This document shows positions 38,890 to 48,000 of a stretch of 64,000 nt of DNA, in pieces. Position numbers and translations under genes: made by a program. Under the pieces are notes generated by a model. The model did no database searches, was not told the origin of the DNA, and worked only from the letters and a program-made list of their open reading frames with translations. This DNA comes from Escherichia coli (GTDB taxonomy: Bacteria > Pseudomonadota > Gammaproteobacteria > Enterobacterales > Enterobacteriaceae), in NCBI RefSeq assembly GCF_003334815.1, contig NZ_QOWO01000009.1; one strand, given 5' to 3'. Each line of letters begins with the position of its first letter. The first letter of the stretch is position 1.

Positions 38890-39459
38890 ATGATAAAAAC
38901 AACGCCACATAAAATAGTGATACTGATGGGAATATTATTATCACCCTCAGTATTTGCAACGGATATTAATGTAGAGTTTACAGCCACTGTCAAAGCGACA
39001 ACCTGTAACATCACACTTACTGGTAATAACGTCACGAATGATGGCAATAATAACTACACATTGAGAATCCCTAAGATGGGTCTGGATAAGATCGCGAATA
39101 AAACGACAGAATCTCAGGCTGATTTTAAACTGGTTGCCAGTGGGTGCAGCAGTGGCATCAGTTGGATTGATACCACTCTGACCGGAAATGCATCATCAAG
39201 CTCACCTAAGCTTATTATACCGCAGTCTGGTGATTCATCTTCGACGACAAGTAATATCGGTATGGGTTTCAAAAAACGGACTACTGATGATGCCACTTTC
39301 CTTAAACCTAACAGTGCGGAAAAGATACGCTGGAGCACAGACGAGATGCAGCCCGATAAGGGTCTTGAAATGACCGTTGCGCTACGTGAAACAGATGCAG
39401 GGCAAGGTGTACCGGGGAATTTTCGTGCACTGGCGACGTTTAATTTCATCTATCAATAA
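38890..39459 (+). CDS. yadM: fimbrial subunit-like protein
   Basis: Track ORF 38848..39459; trimmed to M15 MIKTTPHKIVILMGILLSPSVFA (signal peptide) with AAGGGA Shine-Dalgarno; 189 aa. Confidence 0.85.
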   Translation: MIKTTPHKIVILMGILLSPSVFATDINVEFTATVKATTCNITLTGNNVTNDGNNNYTLRIPKMGLDKIANKTTESQADFKLVASGCSSGISWIDTTLTGNASSSSPKLIIPQSGDSSSTTSNIGMGFKKRTTDDATFLKPNSAEKIRWSTDEMQPDKGLEMTVALRETDAGQGVPGNFRALATFNFIYQ

Positions 39460-39470
39460 GAAGGATAATT

Positions 39471-40076
39471 ATGATGACATTTAAAAATTTACGTTATGGA
39501 TTATCCAGCAGTGTCGTTTTGGCTGCCTCATTGTTCAGCGTACTCTCTTATGCGGCAACAGACAGTATTGGACTGACCGTTATTACTACTGTAGAAATGG
39601 GTACTTGTACCGCTACATTAGTAAATGACTCTGATCAGGACATTTCTGTTGTTGATTTTGGTGATGTATATATTTCTGAAATCAATGCCAAGACCAAAGT
39701 AAAAACATTCAAACTCAAATTCAAAGACTGTGCGGGTATCCCCAATAAAAAAGCGCAAATAAAATTAACCAAGCGAGCCACATGCGAGGGAACTGCTAAT
39801 GACGGTGCGGGGTTTGCAAATGGTTCCACAGCCGCAGATAAAGCAAGTGCTGTCGCCGTTGAAGTCTGGAGCACTGTAACTCCGGCAACAGGGAGTGCAA
39901 CACAATTTAGCTGTGTAACACCAGCATCACAAGAGGTAACAATCTCCACTGCAGCCAATGCGGTCGTTTATTATCCGATGAGTGCACGCCTGGTCGTGGA
40001 AAAAAATAAAACCGTAAACAATGTCACTGCGGGTAAGTTTTCTGCACCAGCCACATTTACAGTAACCTATAACTAA
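39471..40076 (+). CDS. yadL: fimbrial subunit-like protein
   Basis: Track ORF 39471..40076, 201 aa, signal peptide, C-terminal TFTVTYN pilin-like strand. Confidence 0.85.
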   Translation: MMTFKNLRYGLSSSVVLAASLFSVLSYAATDSIGLTVITTVEMGTCTATLVNDSDQDISVVDFGDVYISEINAKTKVKTFKLKFKDCAGIPNKKAQIKLTKRATCEGTANDGAGFANGSTAADKASAVAVEVWSTVTPATGSATQFSCVTPASQEVTISTAANAVVYYPMSARLVVEKNKTVNNVTAGKFSAPATFTVTYN

Positions 40077-40102
40077 CAGACTTACAGATTCAGGAACTAT
40101 AT

Positions 40103-40699
40103 ATGCATCCCACTCAACGTAAGCTGATGAAGAGAATAATTCTGTTTCTGTCATTACTGTTTTGCATCGCCTGTCCAGCCATTGCTGGACAGGATATTGA
40201 CCTTGTTGCCAATGTAAAAAACAGCACCTGCAAAAGCGGAATCAGTAACCAGGGTAATATTGATCTTGGCGTCGTTGGGGTGGGATATTTTTCAGGTAAT
40301 GTTACTCCTGAAAGTTATCAACCAGGTGGAAAAGAGTTCACTATCACTGTATCCGACTGTGCATTACAGGGAACTGGCGATGTGCTAAATCAGTTACATA
40401 TTGATTTTAGAGCCCTTAGCGGTGTCATGGCTGCTGGCTCTAGGCAAATATTTGCTAATGAAATTTCGTCAGGAGCAAGTAATGTAGGAGTAGTTATATT
40501 TTCTACTCAGGATTCGGCGAATACATTCAATGTTCTTAATGCTTCAGGCGGATCTCGTTCCGTTTATCCAGTAATGTCGGATGACATGAATGGTTCATCC
40601 TGGAAATTTAGCACCCGAATGCAAAAAATCGATCCTGCATTGAGTGTTACATCTGGTCAACTTATGAGCCATGTGTTAGTGGATATTTACTACGAATAA
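40103..40699 (+). CDS. yadK: fimbrial subunit-like protein
   Basis: Track ORF 40103..40699, 198 aa, signal peptide. Confidence 0.85.
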   Translation: MHPTQRKLMKRIILFLSLLFCIACPAIAGQDIDLVANVKNSTCKSGISNQGNIDLGVVGVGYFSGNVTPESYQPGGKEFTITVSDCALQGTGDVLNQLHIDFRALSGVMAAGSRQIFANEISSGASNVGVVIFSTQDSANTFNVLNASGGSRSVYPVMSDDMNGSSWKFSTRMQKIDPALSVTSGQLMSHVLVDIYYE

Positions 40700-40748
40700 C
40701 AAACAAAAACAGCGCAAACCATAACAATAAAGAAACATTGGAGTAAAA

Positions 40749-41987
40749 ATGAAGACTATCTTCAGGTACATTCTTTTTTTAGCACTGTATTCTTGTTGTA
40801 ATACAGTCAGTGCATATACAAGTTTTATTGTGGGAAATAATGCAGGAGTTGATAACTATCGAGGCCCCTCCACTGCCGCACAGATGACCTTTAATTACAC
40901 ATCAACAGCAAGCAACTTGGTTTTTTATAAACCCACGCAGCTCGGCCCGACTGGGGTAAAAATGTACTGGTCATACCTGGATACAGGTACCGGTGGTGGT
41001 ATTCTTTACTGCAATACATCTGGCAGAGCGAATCCTGGTCCAATAACTATTGAAAATGCCATGGTCTATTCAGGTAAAGATTATGGCGGACATAAACTAT
41101 TTAATACATCTGTTCCTGGTCTGTATTACACCATGTTAATATCAAGGGTCTGGTCTGCATACGATACAATAACTGACATTCAATCGCCAGGAATCTATAT
41201 CGGAGATCCTTCCAACCAAGAATTTTTCTTTTCCGTCACAGACAGCGATCTACAAACTAAGGGTTGCAACAAAGCAGACGACTACGATAAGTTTTGGGCT
41301 ATTGGTGGTATAGTACACAACATAACTGTTGAATTTTATACAGATACTAATTTCGATCCTACACTTAATCAGCAAGTCCAGTTATCCAGTTCATCAAATT
41401 ACCTTTATTCGTTTAAGGCCTACAGTCCTGGTACAAAAGTTGTAGATCACAGCAACCACATTTATGTCAATTTCACACTGAATAATGTCAAATTAACCTT
41501 ACCAACATGTTTTACCTCCATACTTACCGGGCCATCAGTCAATGGTTCAACGGTTAGAATGGGAGAATATAGCTCTGGGACAATTAAAAATGGCGCTTCA
41601 CCTGTTCCCTTTGATATCTCGCTTCAGAATTGTATTCGTGTGCGTAATATTGAAACAAAACTCGTCACTGGAAAAGTAGGTACTCAAAACACACAACTGC
41701 TTGGTAATACGCTTACTGGAAGCACTGCCGCCAAAGGCGTTGGCGTACTCATTGAAGGTTTAGCAACCAGTAAAAATCCGCTAATGACATTAAAACCTAA
41801 TGATACGAATTCTGTTTATATAGATTATGAAACCGAAGATGACACCTCCGATGGGGTTTACCCTAATCAAGGTAACGGCACATCACAGCCTCTTCATTTC
41901 CAGGCAACATTAAAGCAAGACGGGAATATTGCTATCGAACCCGGCGAATTTAAAGCCACCAGTACTTTCCAGGTAACCTATCCCTGA
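40749..41987 (+). CDS. yadC: fimbrial tip adhesin-like protein (two-domain)
   Basis: Track ORF 40749..41987, 412 aa, signal peptide; long N-terminal domain plus C-terminal pilin domain ending FQVTYP. Confidence 0.85.
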
Positions 41988-41990
41988 TAA

Positions 41991-42027
41991 CGTAGCAGCA
42001 CTGTCACCTTCTGGCAGTGCTGCTACG
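41991..42027 (+). terminator. stem-loop after yadC (putative operon terminator)
   Basis: 13-bp arms CGTAGCAGCACTG / CAGTGCTGCTACG with 11-nt loop, 4 nt after yadC stop; weak U-tract. Confidence 0.4.
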
Positions 42028-42100
42028 GATAAATCATTGCCCCCACCAATGTGACTGATAAAATGCCAGACAGCACAACATCAATTTATCAGGATACGTT

Positions 42101-42895
42101 ATGAAACCGACCACCATCTCCTTACTGCAGAAGTACAAACAGGAAAAAAAACGTTTCGCGACCATCACCGCTTATGACTATAGCTTCGCCAAACTCTTTG
42201 CTGATGAAGGGCTTAACGTCATGCTGGTGGGCGATTCGCTGGGCATGACGGTTCAGGGGCACGACTCCACCCTGCCAGTTACCGTTGCCGATATCGCCTA
42301 CCACACTGCCGCCGTACGTCGCGGCGCACCAAACTGCCTGCTGCTGGCTGACCTGCCGTTTATGGCGTATGCCACGCCGGAACAAGCCTTCGAAAACGCC
42401 GCAACGGTTATGCGTGCCGGTGCTAACATGGTCAAAATTGAAGGCGGTGAGTGGCTGGTAGAAACCGTACAAATGCTGACCGAACGTGCCGTTCCTGTAT
42501 GTGGTCACTTAGGTTTAACACCACAGTCAGTGAATATTTTCGGTGGCTACAAAGTTCAGGGGCGCGGCGATGAAGCGGGCGATCAACTGCTCAGCGATGC
42601 ATTAGCCTTAGAAGCTGCTGGGGCACAGCTGCTGGTGCTGGAATGCGTGCCGGTTGAACTGGCAAAACGTATTACCGAAGCACTGGCGATCCCGGTTATT
42701 GGCATTGGCGCAGGCAACGTCACTGACGGGCAGATCCTCGTGATGCACGACGCCTTTGGTATTACCGGCGGTCACATTCCTAAATTCGCTAAAAATTTCC
42801 TCGCCGAAACGGGCGACATCCGCGCGGCTGTGCGGCAGTATATGGCTGAAGTGGAGTCCGGCGTTTATCCGGGCGAAGAACACAGTTTCCATTAA
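42101..42895 (+). CDS. panB: 3-methyl-2-oxobutanoate hydroxymethyltransferase
   Basis: Track ORF 42101..42895, 264 aa, [37 protein letters not shown]... Confidence 0.95.
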
Positions 42896-42906
42896 GGAGT
42901 CACGTT

Positions 42907-43758
42907 GTGTTAATTATCGAAACCCTGCCGCTGCTGCGTCAGCAAATTCGCCGCCTGCGTATGGAAGGCAAGCGCGTGGCGCTGGTGCCTACCATGGGTA
43001 ACCTGCACGATGGCCATATGAAGCTGGTCGACGAAGCCAAAGCCCGCGCCGATGTGGTCGTCGTCAGTATTTTCGTTAACCCGATGCAGTTCGACCGCCC
43101 GGAAGATCTGGCTCGTTATCCACGGACCTTGCAGGAGGACTGCGAGAAGCTAAACAAACGTAAAGTGGATTTAGTTTTCGCCCCTTCGGTAAAAGAGATC
43201 TACCCGAACGGTACTGAAACCCACACTTACGTTGACGTTCCTGGCCTTTCGACCATGCTGGAAGGTGCCAGCCGTCCGGGACATTTTCGCGGCGTTTCGA
43301 CTATTGTCAGCAAGCTGTTCAACCTGGTCCAGCCGGACATCGCCTGCTTCGGTGAAAAAGATTTTCAGCAACTGGCGCTGATCCGCAAAATGGTTGCCGA
43401 TATGGGCTTCGATATTGAGATTGTCGGTGTGCCAATTATGCGCGCCAAAGACGGTCTGGCGCTAAGTTCCCGTAACGGTTATCTGACGGCGGAACAACGC
43501 AAAATTGCGCCTGGTCTGTACAAAGTTTTAAGTTCGATTGCTGACAAATTGCAGGCTGGGGAACGGGATCTCGATGAAATTATTACCATTGCGGGGCAAG
43601 AACTGAATGAAAAAGGCTTCCGCGCCGATGATATTCAGATTCGCGATGCCGACACATTGCTGGAAGTTTCTGAAACCAGCAAACGGGCAGTAATTCTGGT
43701 AGCCGCCTGGCTTGGCGATGCTCGCCTGATCGACAACAAAATGGTCGAGCTGGCGTAA
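42907..43758 (+). CDS. panC: pantothenate synthetase
   Basis: Track ORF 42907..43758 (GTG start; AAGGAG 9 nt upstream), 283 aa, ...[10 protein letters not shown]... HIGH-type motif. Confidence 0.95.
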   Translation: MLIIETLPLLRQQIRRLRMEGKRVALVPTMGNLHDGHMKLVDEAKARADVVVVSIFVNPMQFDRPEDLARYPRTLQEDCEKLNKRKVDLVFAPSVKEIYPNGTETHTYVDVPGLSTMLEGASRPGHFRGVSTIVSKLFNLVQPDIACFGEKDFQQLALIRKMVADMGFDIEIVGVPIMRAKDGLALSSRNGYLTAEQRKIAPGLYKVLSSIADKLQAGERDLDEIITIAGQELNEKGFRADDIQIRDADTLLEVSETSKRAVILVAAWLGDARLIDNKMVELA

Positions 43759-43762
43759 TACT

Positions 43763-43793
43763 TAACTGGCGCTACGGCTGATGGCGCCAGTTA
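43763..43793. terminator. inverted repeat between convergent panC and yadD (putative bidirectional terminator)
   Basis: TAACTGGCGC / GCGCCAGTTA 10-bp arms with 11-nt loop, followed by TTATTAATTT. Confidence 0.4.
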
Positions 43794-43831
43794 TTAATTT
43801 ACCCCACGTCATCTGTCATAACACAGGTAAC

Positions 43832-44014
43832 TTAAATAAGGTTAATTACCTTATCAATCTCAGCAAGAGGTAAATTTGCCATCTCTGCAACGTCTTCCCG
43901 AGACATTCCTTTACTCAGAAGACGCTGGGCGAATTCCTGACTTACTTCCTGTCTTCCCTGCTGAATCCCCTTCTCAATCCCTTTCTCTTCAAACCACTGC
44001 GCCAGCGTCATCAT
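43832..44014 (-). CDS. candidate intragenic small protein (C-terminal 60 aa of YadD/RpnC; putative Rpn_S-type product)
   Basis: In-frame ATG-ATG doublet (minus-strand start 44014) preceded by ACGGGAGGGGAGTCT (GGAGG 7 nt upstream); would encode MMTLAQWFEEKGIEKGIQQGRQEVSQEFAQRLLSKGMSREDVAEMANLPLAEIDKVINLI; not verified. Confidence 0.4.
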   Translation of the reverse strand: MMTLAQWFEEKGIEKGIQQGRQEVSQEFAQRLLSKGMSREDVAEMANLPLAEIDKVINLI

Positions 44015-44734
44015 AGACTCCCCTCCCGTTTCCCTGTCTCTCAACACACCGTAAAACAAATCCGCTTGTTCAGTATGACCGCGTTGCAGCATATAGTTTT
44101 GCATGGCAACTAACTGACTTCCGCTAGTGTACCCTTCGTCGATCAGCGTGACCAGTTGCTCAAGCAATAACATTAAGTCGCGCTGGCGAATATGTTTTTG
44201 CAGTAGTTCGAGAATCGCAATCCGCCGATGTTGCATGATTTCGTCATCCGGTGTGATGGTGATATCCACCAGCGGGAAAGGACTGTTATAGACGCGTCGC
44301 GCCAGCTCCGGCGAGTAAAACATATCAAACCAGCACATTGATAGCGGATAAGGTGTGGCCTCGCCCTGATAAAACAGTATCGGCACCACCAGCGGCAGCT
44401 TATCGTGGTCAGCCTCCAGATGCCGGTGCATGGCGGCTATAGAATAACGCATCATGCGAAAGGCCATTTTCTTATCCGGCTTGCTTTGGTGTTCAATCAC
44501 AACATGCAGATAACCGGGATTGCCCTGCATTTGCACGGAATAGAGCACGTCCGTGCTGTGTCCTTTCAGGCTCTCTTCAATGAAACTCCCCGACTCTAAA
44601 TGAAGCGTGTTGAGGTCACAAAGTTCGCGTAATTCCACTGGCAAATGTATCTCCAGAAAGTCGCGAGCCGTCTCCGCATGCATTAAAAATTGTTTAAATA
44701 CCGCGTCATGCGGTGTGGTACTCGGTGCATCCAT
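43832..44734 (-). CDS. rpnC: Rpn-family recombination-promoting nuclease (YhgA-like, PD-(D/E)XK, transposase_31 family)
   Basis: Track ORF 43832..44734 (-), 300 aa, MDAPSTTPHDAVFKQFLMHAETARDFLEIHLP...; recognised as YadD (RpnC); AGGGA Shine-Dalgarno upstream. Confidence 0.9.
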   Translation of the reverse strand: MDAPSTTPHDAVFKQFLMHAETARDFLEIHLPVELRELCDLNTLHLESGSFIEESLKGHSTDVLYSVQMQGNPGYLHVVIEHQSKPDKKMAFRMMRYSIAAMHRHLEADHDKLPLVVPILFYQGEATPYPLSMCWFDMFYSPELARRVYNSPFPLVDITITPDDEIMQHRRIAILELLQKHIRQRDLMLLLEQLVTLIDEGYTSGSQLVAMQNYMLQRGHTEQADLFYGVLRDRETGGESMMTLAQWFEEKGIEKGIQQGRQEVSQEFAQRLLSKGMSREDVAEMANLPLAEIDKVINLI

Positions 44735-45007
44735 CTTCCCTGTCTTCCGTGTGGCTTTGCGTGAAGGCAGTATCCAGTCAAGGCGCGCTATCGTCAGCCA
44801 CCTCTTTATTGTTTACCGAGCAGCGTTCAGAGAAATATCAATTCGTTACAGGCGATACATGGCACGCTTCGGCGCGGTACGCAAACTGCTGACGCAAATG
44901 CCGTCAGATGAGTAGACACTAAACAAAAATCGGGCAATACTGCGTGAGAATTTCCTCAAAGCAGGCATCGCCTGCTTCGTTAACGACAGGGTAGAAAGGT
45001 AGAAGTT

Positions 45008-45388
45008 ATGATTCGCACGATGCTGCAGGGCAAACTCCACCGCGTGAAAGTGACTCATGCGGACCTGCACTATGAAGGTTCTTGCGCCATTGACCAGGAT
45101 TTTCTTGACGCAGCCGGTATTCTCGAAAACGAAGCCATTGATATCTGGAATGTCACCAACGGCAAGCGTTTCTCCACTTATGCCATCGCGGCAGAACGCG
45201 GTTCGAGAATTATTTCTGTTAACGGTGCGGCGGCCCACTGCGCCAGTGTCGGCGATATTGTCATCATCGCCAGCTTCGTTACCATGCCAGATGAAGAAGC
45301 TCGCACCTGGCGACCCAACGTCGCCTATTTTGAAGGCGACAATGAAATGAAACGTACCGCGAAAGCGATTCCGGTACAGGTTGCTTGA
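45008..45388 (+). CDS. panD: aspartate 1-decarboxylase proenzyme
   Basis: Track ORF 45008..45388, 126 aa, [31 protein letters not shown] (self-cleavage site G24-S25). Confidence 0.95.
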
Positions 45389-45391
45389 TTG

Positions 45392-46621
45392 TTATCCCTG
45401 CGGCTGGTTACTCACCAGCCGCGACATCGTCTCCAGCGAATCCGTTCTTAAGATATAAAGTCGTTTTAGTAACAACGGATTATCCCCCGGTTTTACTTTG
45501 CCTTTCATGGTTGTCACCGCCAGGTGAAATCCGGCATCGTTTGCTGCCTTCACGGCGTTGTCATTAAATCCGCCAAACGGATACGAAAGATACCAGACAT
45601 GCGGATTAAATTGCGCCAGAGCGCGGCGTGAACGTGCAAAATCAAACAGAATATTGTGCTCACTACGGCTCAGTAATATGGGTCGGCGATAACCATCTAC
45701 CCGATGCAAAAAATGGGTATGTGACTGGAAATCAAATACATCGCGAATTTCGTTAAGCTCAGAAACGCTCATAAATTGCAGCGATTTTGGGTTCCACTTC
45801 TGCGGGTGACGTTTGATGCGTGAGGTAACAATAAACGCCGTCGCCTTCATGCCATATTGTTTCAACACAGGATACGCATAGCGGCTCACCGACTTGAGGC
45901 CATCATCAAAGGTAATCACCACCGCTCGCGCAGGGAGATTGATCTTATTCTTCACGTAGCCTTCCAGCTGCACCATGCTCAGTGTCGCGTATCCCCTGTC
46001 ACGCAGCCAGGCCATCTGGTTATTGAAAGCGCGTACCGATGTGGTCGTCGAAGTATGGCGAAAACGGGTGTTTTCTTCGTCGCGCAGAATATGGTGATAG
46101 GTTAGCACCGACAGGCCATTATCGGGTTGGGCATCCAGTGCGCTGATATAGGCCAGTCGATCGCCAATACGGATCTGATACCAGGTTTGATTTAACCTGT
46201 CTTTCAGTTTATGCAAAATCGGGTAGCGCAAATTGTCCGCCAGTACCCCAAATGGCGCACTTCCCGCACTCGGCGCGTTATAGACCGGCGTATCTTTCCA
46301 GGTAACTAAGTTCTGATTACTCAGCGGCTTGTTGAGGTCGCCCAAACCGTCTTCAACTTTTTGTCGCCCCTGAACCGGCTCGAGATGACCTTTATCGATA
46401 AAACCTTTGCCAAAGCCAAAATTAAATGCGTAATAACTTGCGGCAGTGGGCTCCACGGCAATGATTTGTCCGGCCCGAATATTCCCCACGGTCACCATCT
46501 TGTCACCAATTTGCGCCCAGACCGCAGCATTTTCGATGGTTTGCATATAACGGGCAGGTAACGCGGCACTGACACTTGCGGTAAACAGCATCAGCAGGAG
46601 AATAACAGCTTGTTTGTACAT
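45392..46621 (-). CDS. yadE: putative secreted polysaccharide deacetylase (NodB/CE4 domain)
   Basis: Track ORF 45392..46621 (-), 409 aa, signal peptide [19 protein letters not shown]; C-terminal domain has deacetylase-like TFDDG motif. Confidence 0.85.
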
Positions 46622-46684
46622 GAAAAAATAACCGAGGGTGAAACAACGCTTTTATTGTAGCAAAAGCGCCATCAGAATCGCGGG

Positions 46685-47125
46685 TTAATACTCATACAAA
46701 TTATGTTTGAGGACGAAAGGCGGATTTTTTTGTTGTTGGTGCCAAAGACTACTCACCTCCGGCGCACCCAGTTCGACAATACGCTCGCGAAACTCTGAAC
46801 TGGTCATGGTTTCACGGCAAGCCATCATCTGTTCAATTAACGGTAACGTGACACCAGAAATCACTTCGCAACGGGAGTGTTTGTGGCTTAATAATGAAGC
46901 CACGCGATACGGTGGCGCTCCGGCTATATCGGTTAAGAAGATGACACCCTCACCAGAGTCCGCTTCATGCAGAGCATCGCACATCATGCGGCTGAGCATA
47001 TTAGAGCTTAATCCGCGCCAGAAATTCACGGCCCGGCACTGAAGAAGTGCCCCATGTTTTTTCTCCAGCGCATCCAGTATCTCTTGCGCCCGGTCATCGT
47101 GACAGGTAATTACCCAACCTAACAT
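46685..47125 (-). CDS. yadI: orphan PTS EIIA-like protein (mannose/sorbose family)
   Basis: Track ORF 46685..47125 (-), 146 aa, MLGWVITCHDDRAQEILDALEKKHG...; no EIIB/C/D partner genes in the window. Confidence 0.85.
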   Translation of the reverse strand: MLGWVITCHDDRAQEILDALEKKHGALLQCRAVNFWRGLSSNMLSRMMCDALHEADSGEGVIFLTDIAGAPPYRVASLLSHKHSRCEVISGVTLPLIEQMMACRETMTSSEFRERIVELGAPEVSSLWHQQQKNPPFVLKHNLYEY

Positions 47126-47185
47126 CGCCTTCCTCCTTAGCCGAAAATCAGTCTACCCTGACCATTGTTGATAAAGGGTGATAGC

Positions 47186-47222
47186 CGTCAAAACTCCTCT
47201 CCCCCAAATCCAGAGGAGAGGA
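47186..47222 (-). terminator. yadGH operon terminator (putative)
   Basis: TCCTCTCC / GGAGAGGA 8-bp stem with 12-nt loop (47195-47222); minus-strand GUUUUGACGG follows; 8 nt after yadH stop. Confidence 0.4.
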
Positions 47223-47229
47223 AATAGCC

Positions 47230-48000
47230 TTAGCTACGCAAACCACGTCCACGTTGGATCAGCGACCAACAGATCAAATAAAACGCCACAATAAAGACCA
47301 CCAGTACGCCAAAGGTAGTGACCAGCGGAACATCATTGATACCGAGGAAGCCGTAGCGGAAACCACTGATCATATAAACGATTGGGTTCAGGTGCGACAG
47401 CCCTTGCCAGAACGGCGGCAACAAAGTCAGTGAGTAAAAGACCCCGCCCAAATACGTGAGTGGCGTTAACACAAAGGTTGGCACCAGGCTGATGTCATCG
47501 AACGTTTTGGCAAACACACCGTTCAGCAAACCCGCAAGGGAGAACAACACCGCCGTGAGCACCAGCGTTAAGGCAACGAATACCCACGAATGCACCTGAA
47601 ATGGCACAAAAAACAGTGAAATTGCCGTCACCAGAATGCCAACAAACAGACCACGCGCCACGCCACCGCCGACATATCCGGCAATAATGACGTGAGTCGG
47701 AACCGGCGCTACCAGCAGCTCTTCAATATTACGCTGGAACTTGGCACCAAAAAATGATGACGCAACGTTGGCGTAGGCATTGGTGATCACCGACATCATG
47801 ATCAGCCCCGGTACGATGAACTGCATATAGCTGAAGCCATGCATATCGCCAATACGCGAACCAATCAGGTTACCGAAGATAATAAAGTAAAGGGTCATGG
47901 TGATGACTGGCGGCACCAGCGTCTGCACCCAGATACGCATAAAGCGATGGATCTCTTTCGCCCAGATGCTTTTTAGCGCCACCCAGTAAAGATGCATCAT
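47230..48000 (-). CDS. yadH: ABC-2 type transporter permease
   Basis: Track ORF 47230..48000 (-), 256 aa, six predicted TM segments; start overlaps yadG stop by 4 nt. Confidence 0.9.
   Translation of the reverse strand: MMHLYWVALKSIWAKEIHRFMRIWVQTLVPPVITMTLYFIIFGNLIGSRIGDMHGFSYMQFIVPGLIMMSVITNAYANVASSFFGAKFQRNIEELLVAPVPTHVIIAGYVGGGVARGLFVGILVTAISLFFVPFQVHSWVFVALTLVLTAVLFSLAGLLNGVFAKTFDDISLVPTFVLTPLTYLGGVFYSLTLLPPFWQGLSHLNPIVYMISGFRYGFLGINDVPLVTTFGVLVVFIVAFYLICWSLIQRGRGLRS

Noticed and set aside
34450-41987. yad fimbrial cluster as a novel undescribed system
   Set aside because: All seven genes match the known cryptic yad chaperone-usher operon; it is accessory-like but not new.
43832-44734. 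yadD as an active transposase or IS element
   Set aside because: Although in the transposase_31/YhgA-like family, I saw no terminal inverted repeats, target-site duplication or companion IS genes; it is called as a domesticated Rpn nuclease gene, not a mobile element.
44846-45238. 130-aa minus-strand ORF overlapping panD
   Set aside because: Antisense to panD and extending into its promoter region; no independent support.
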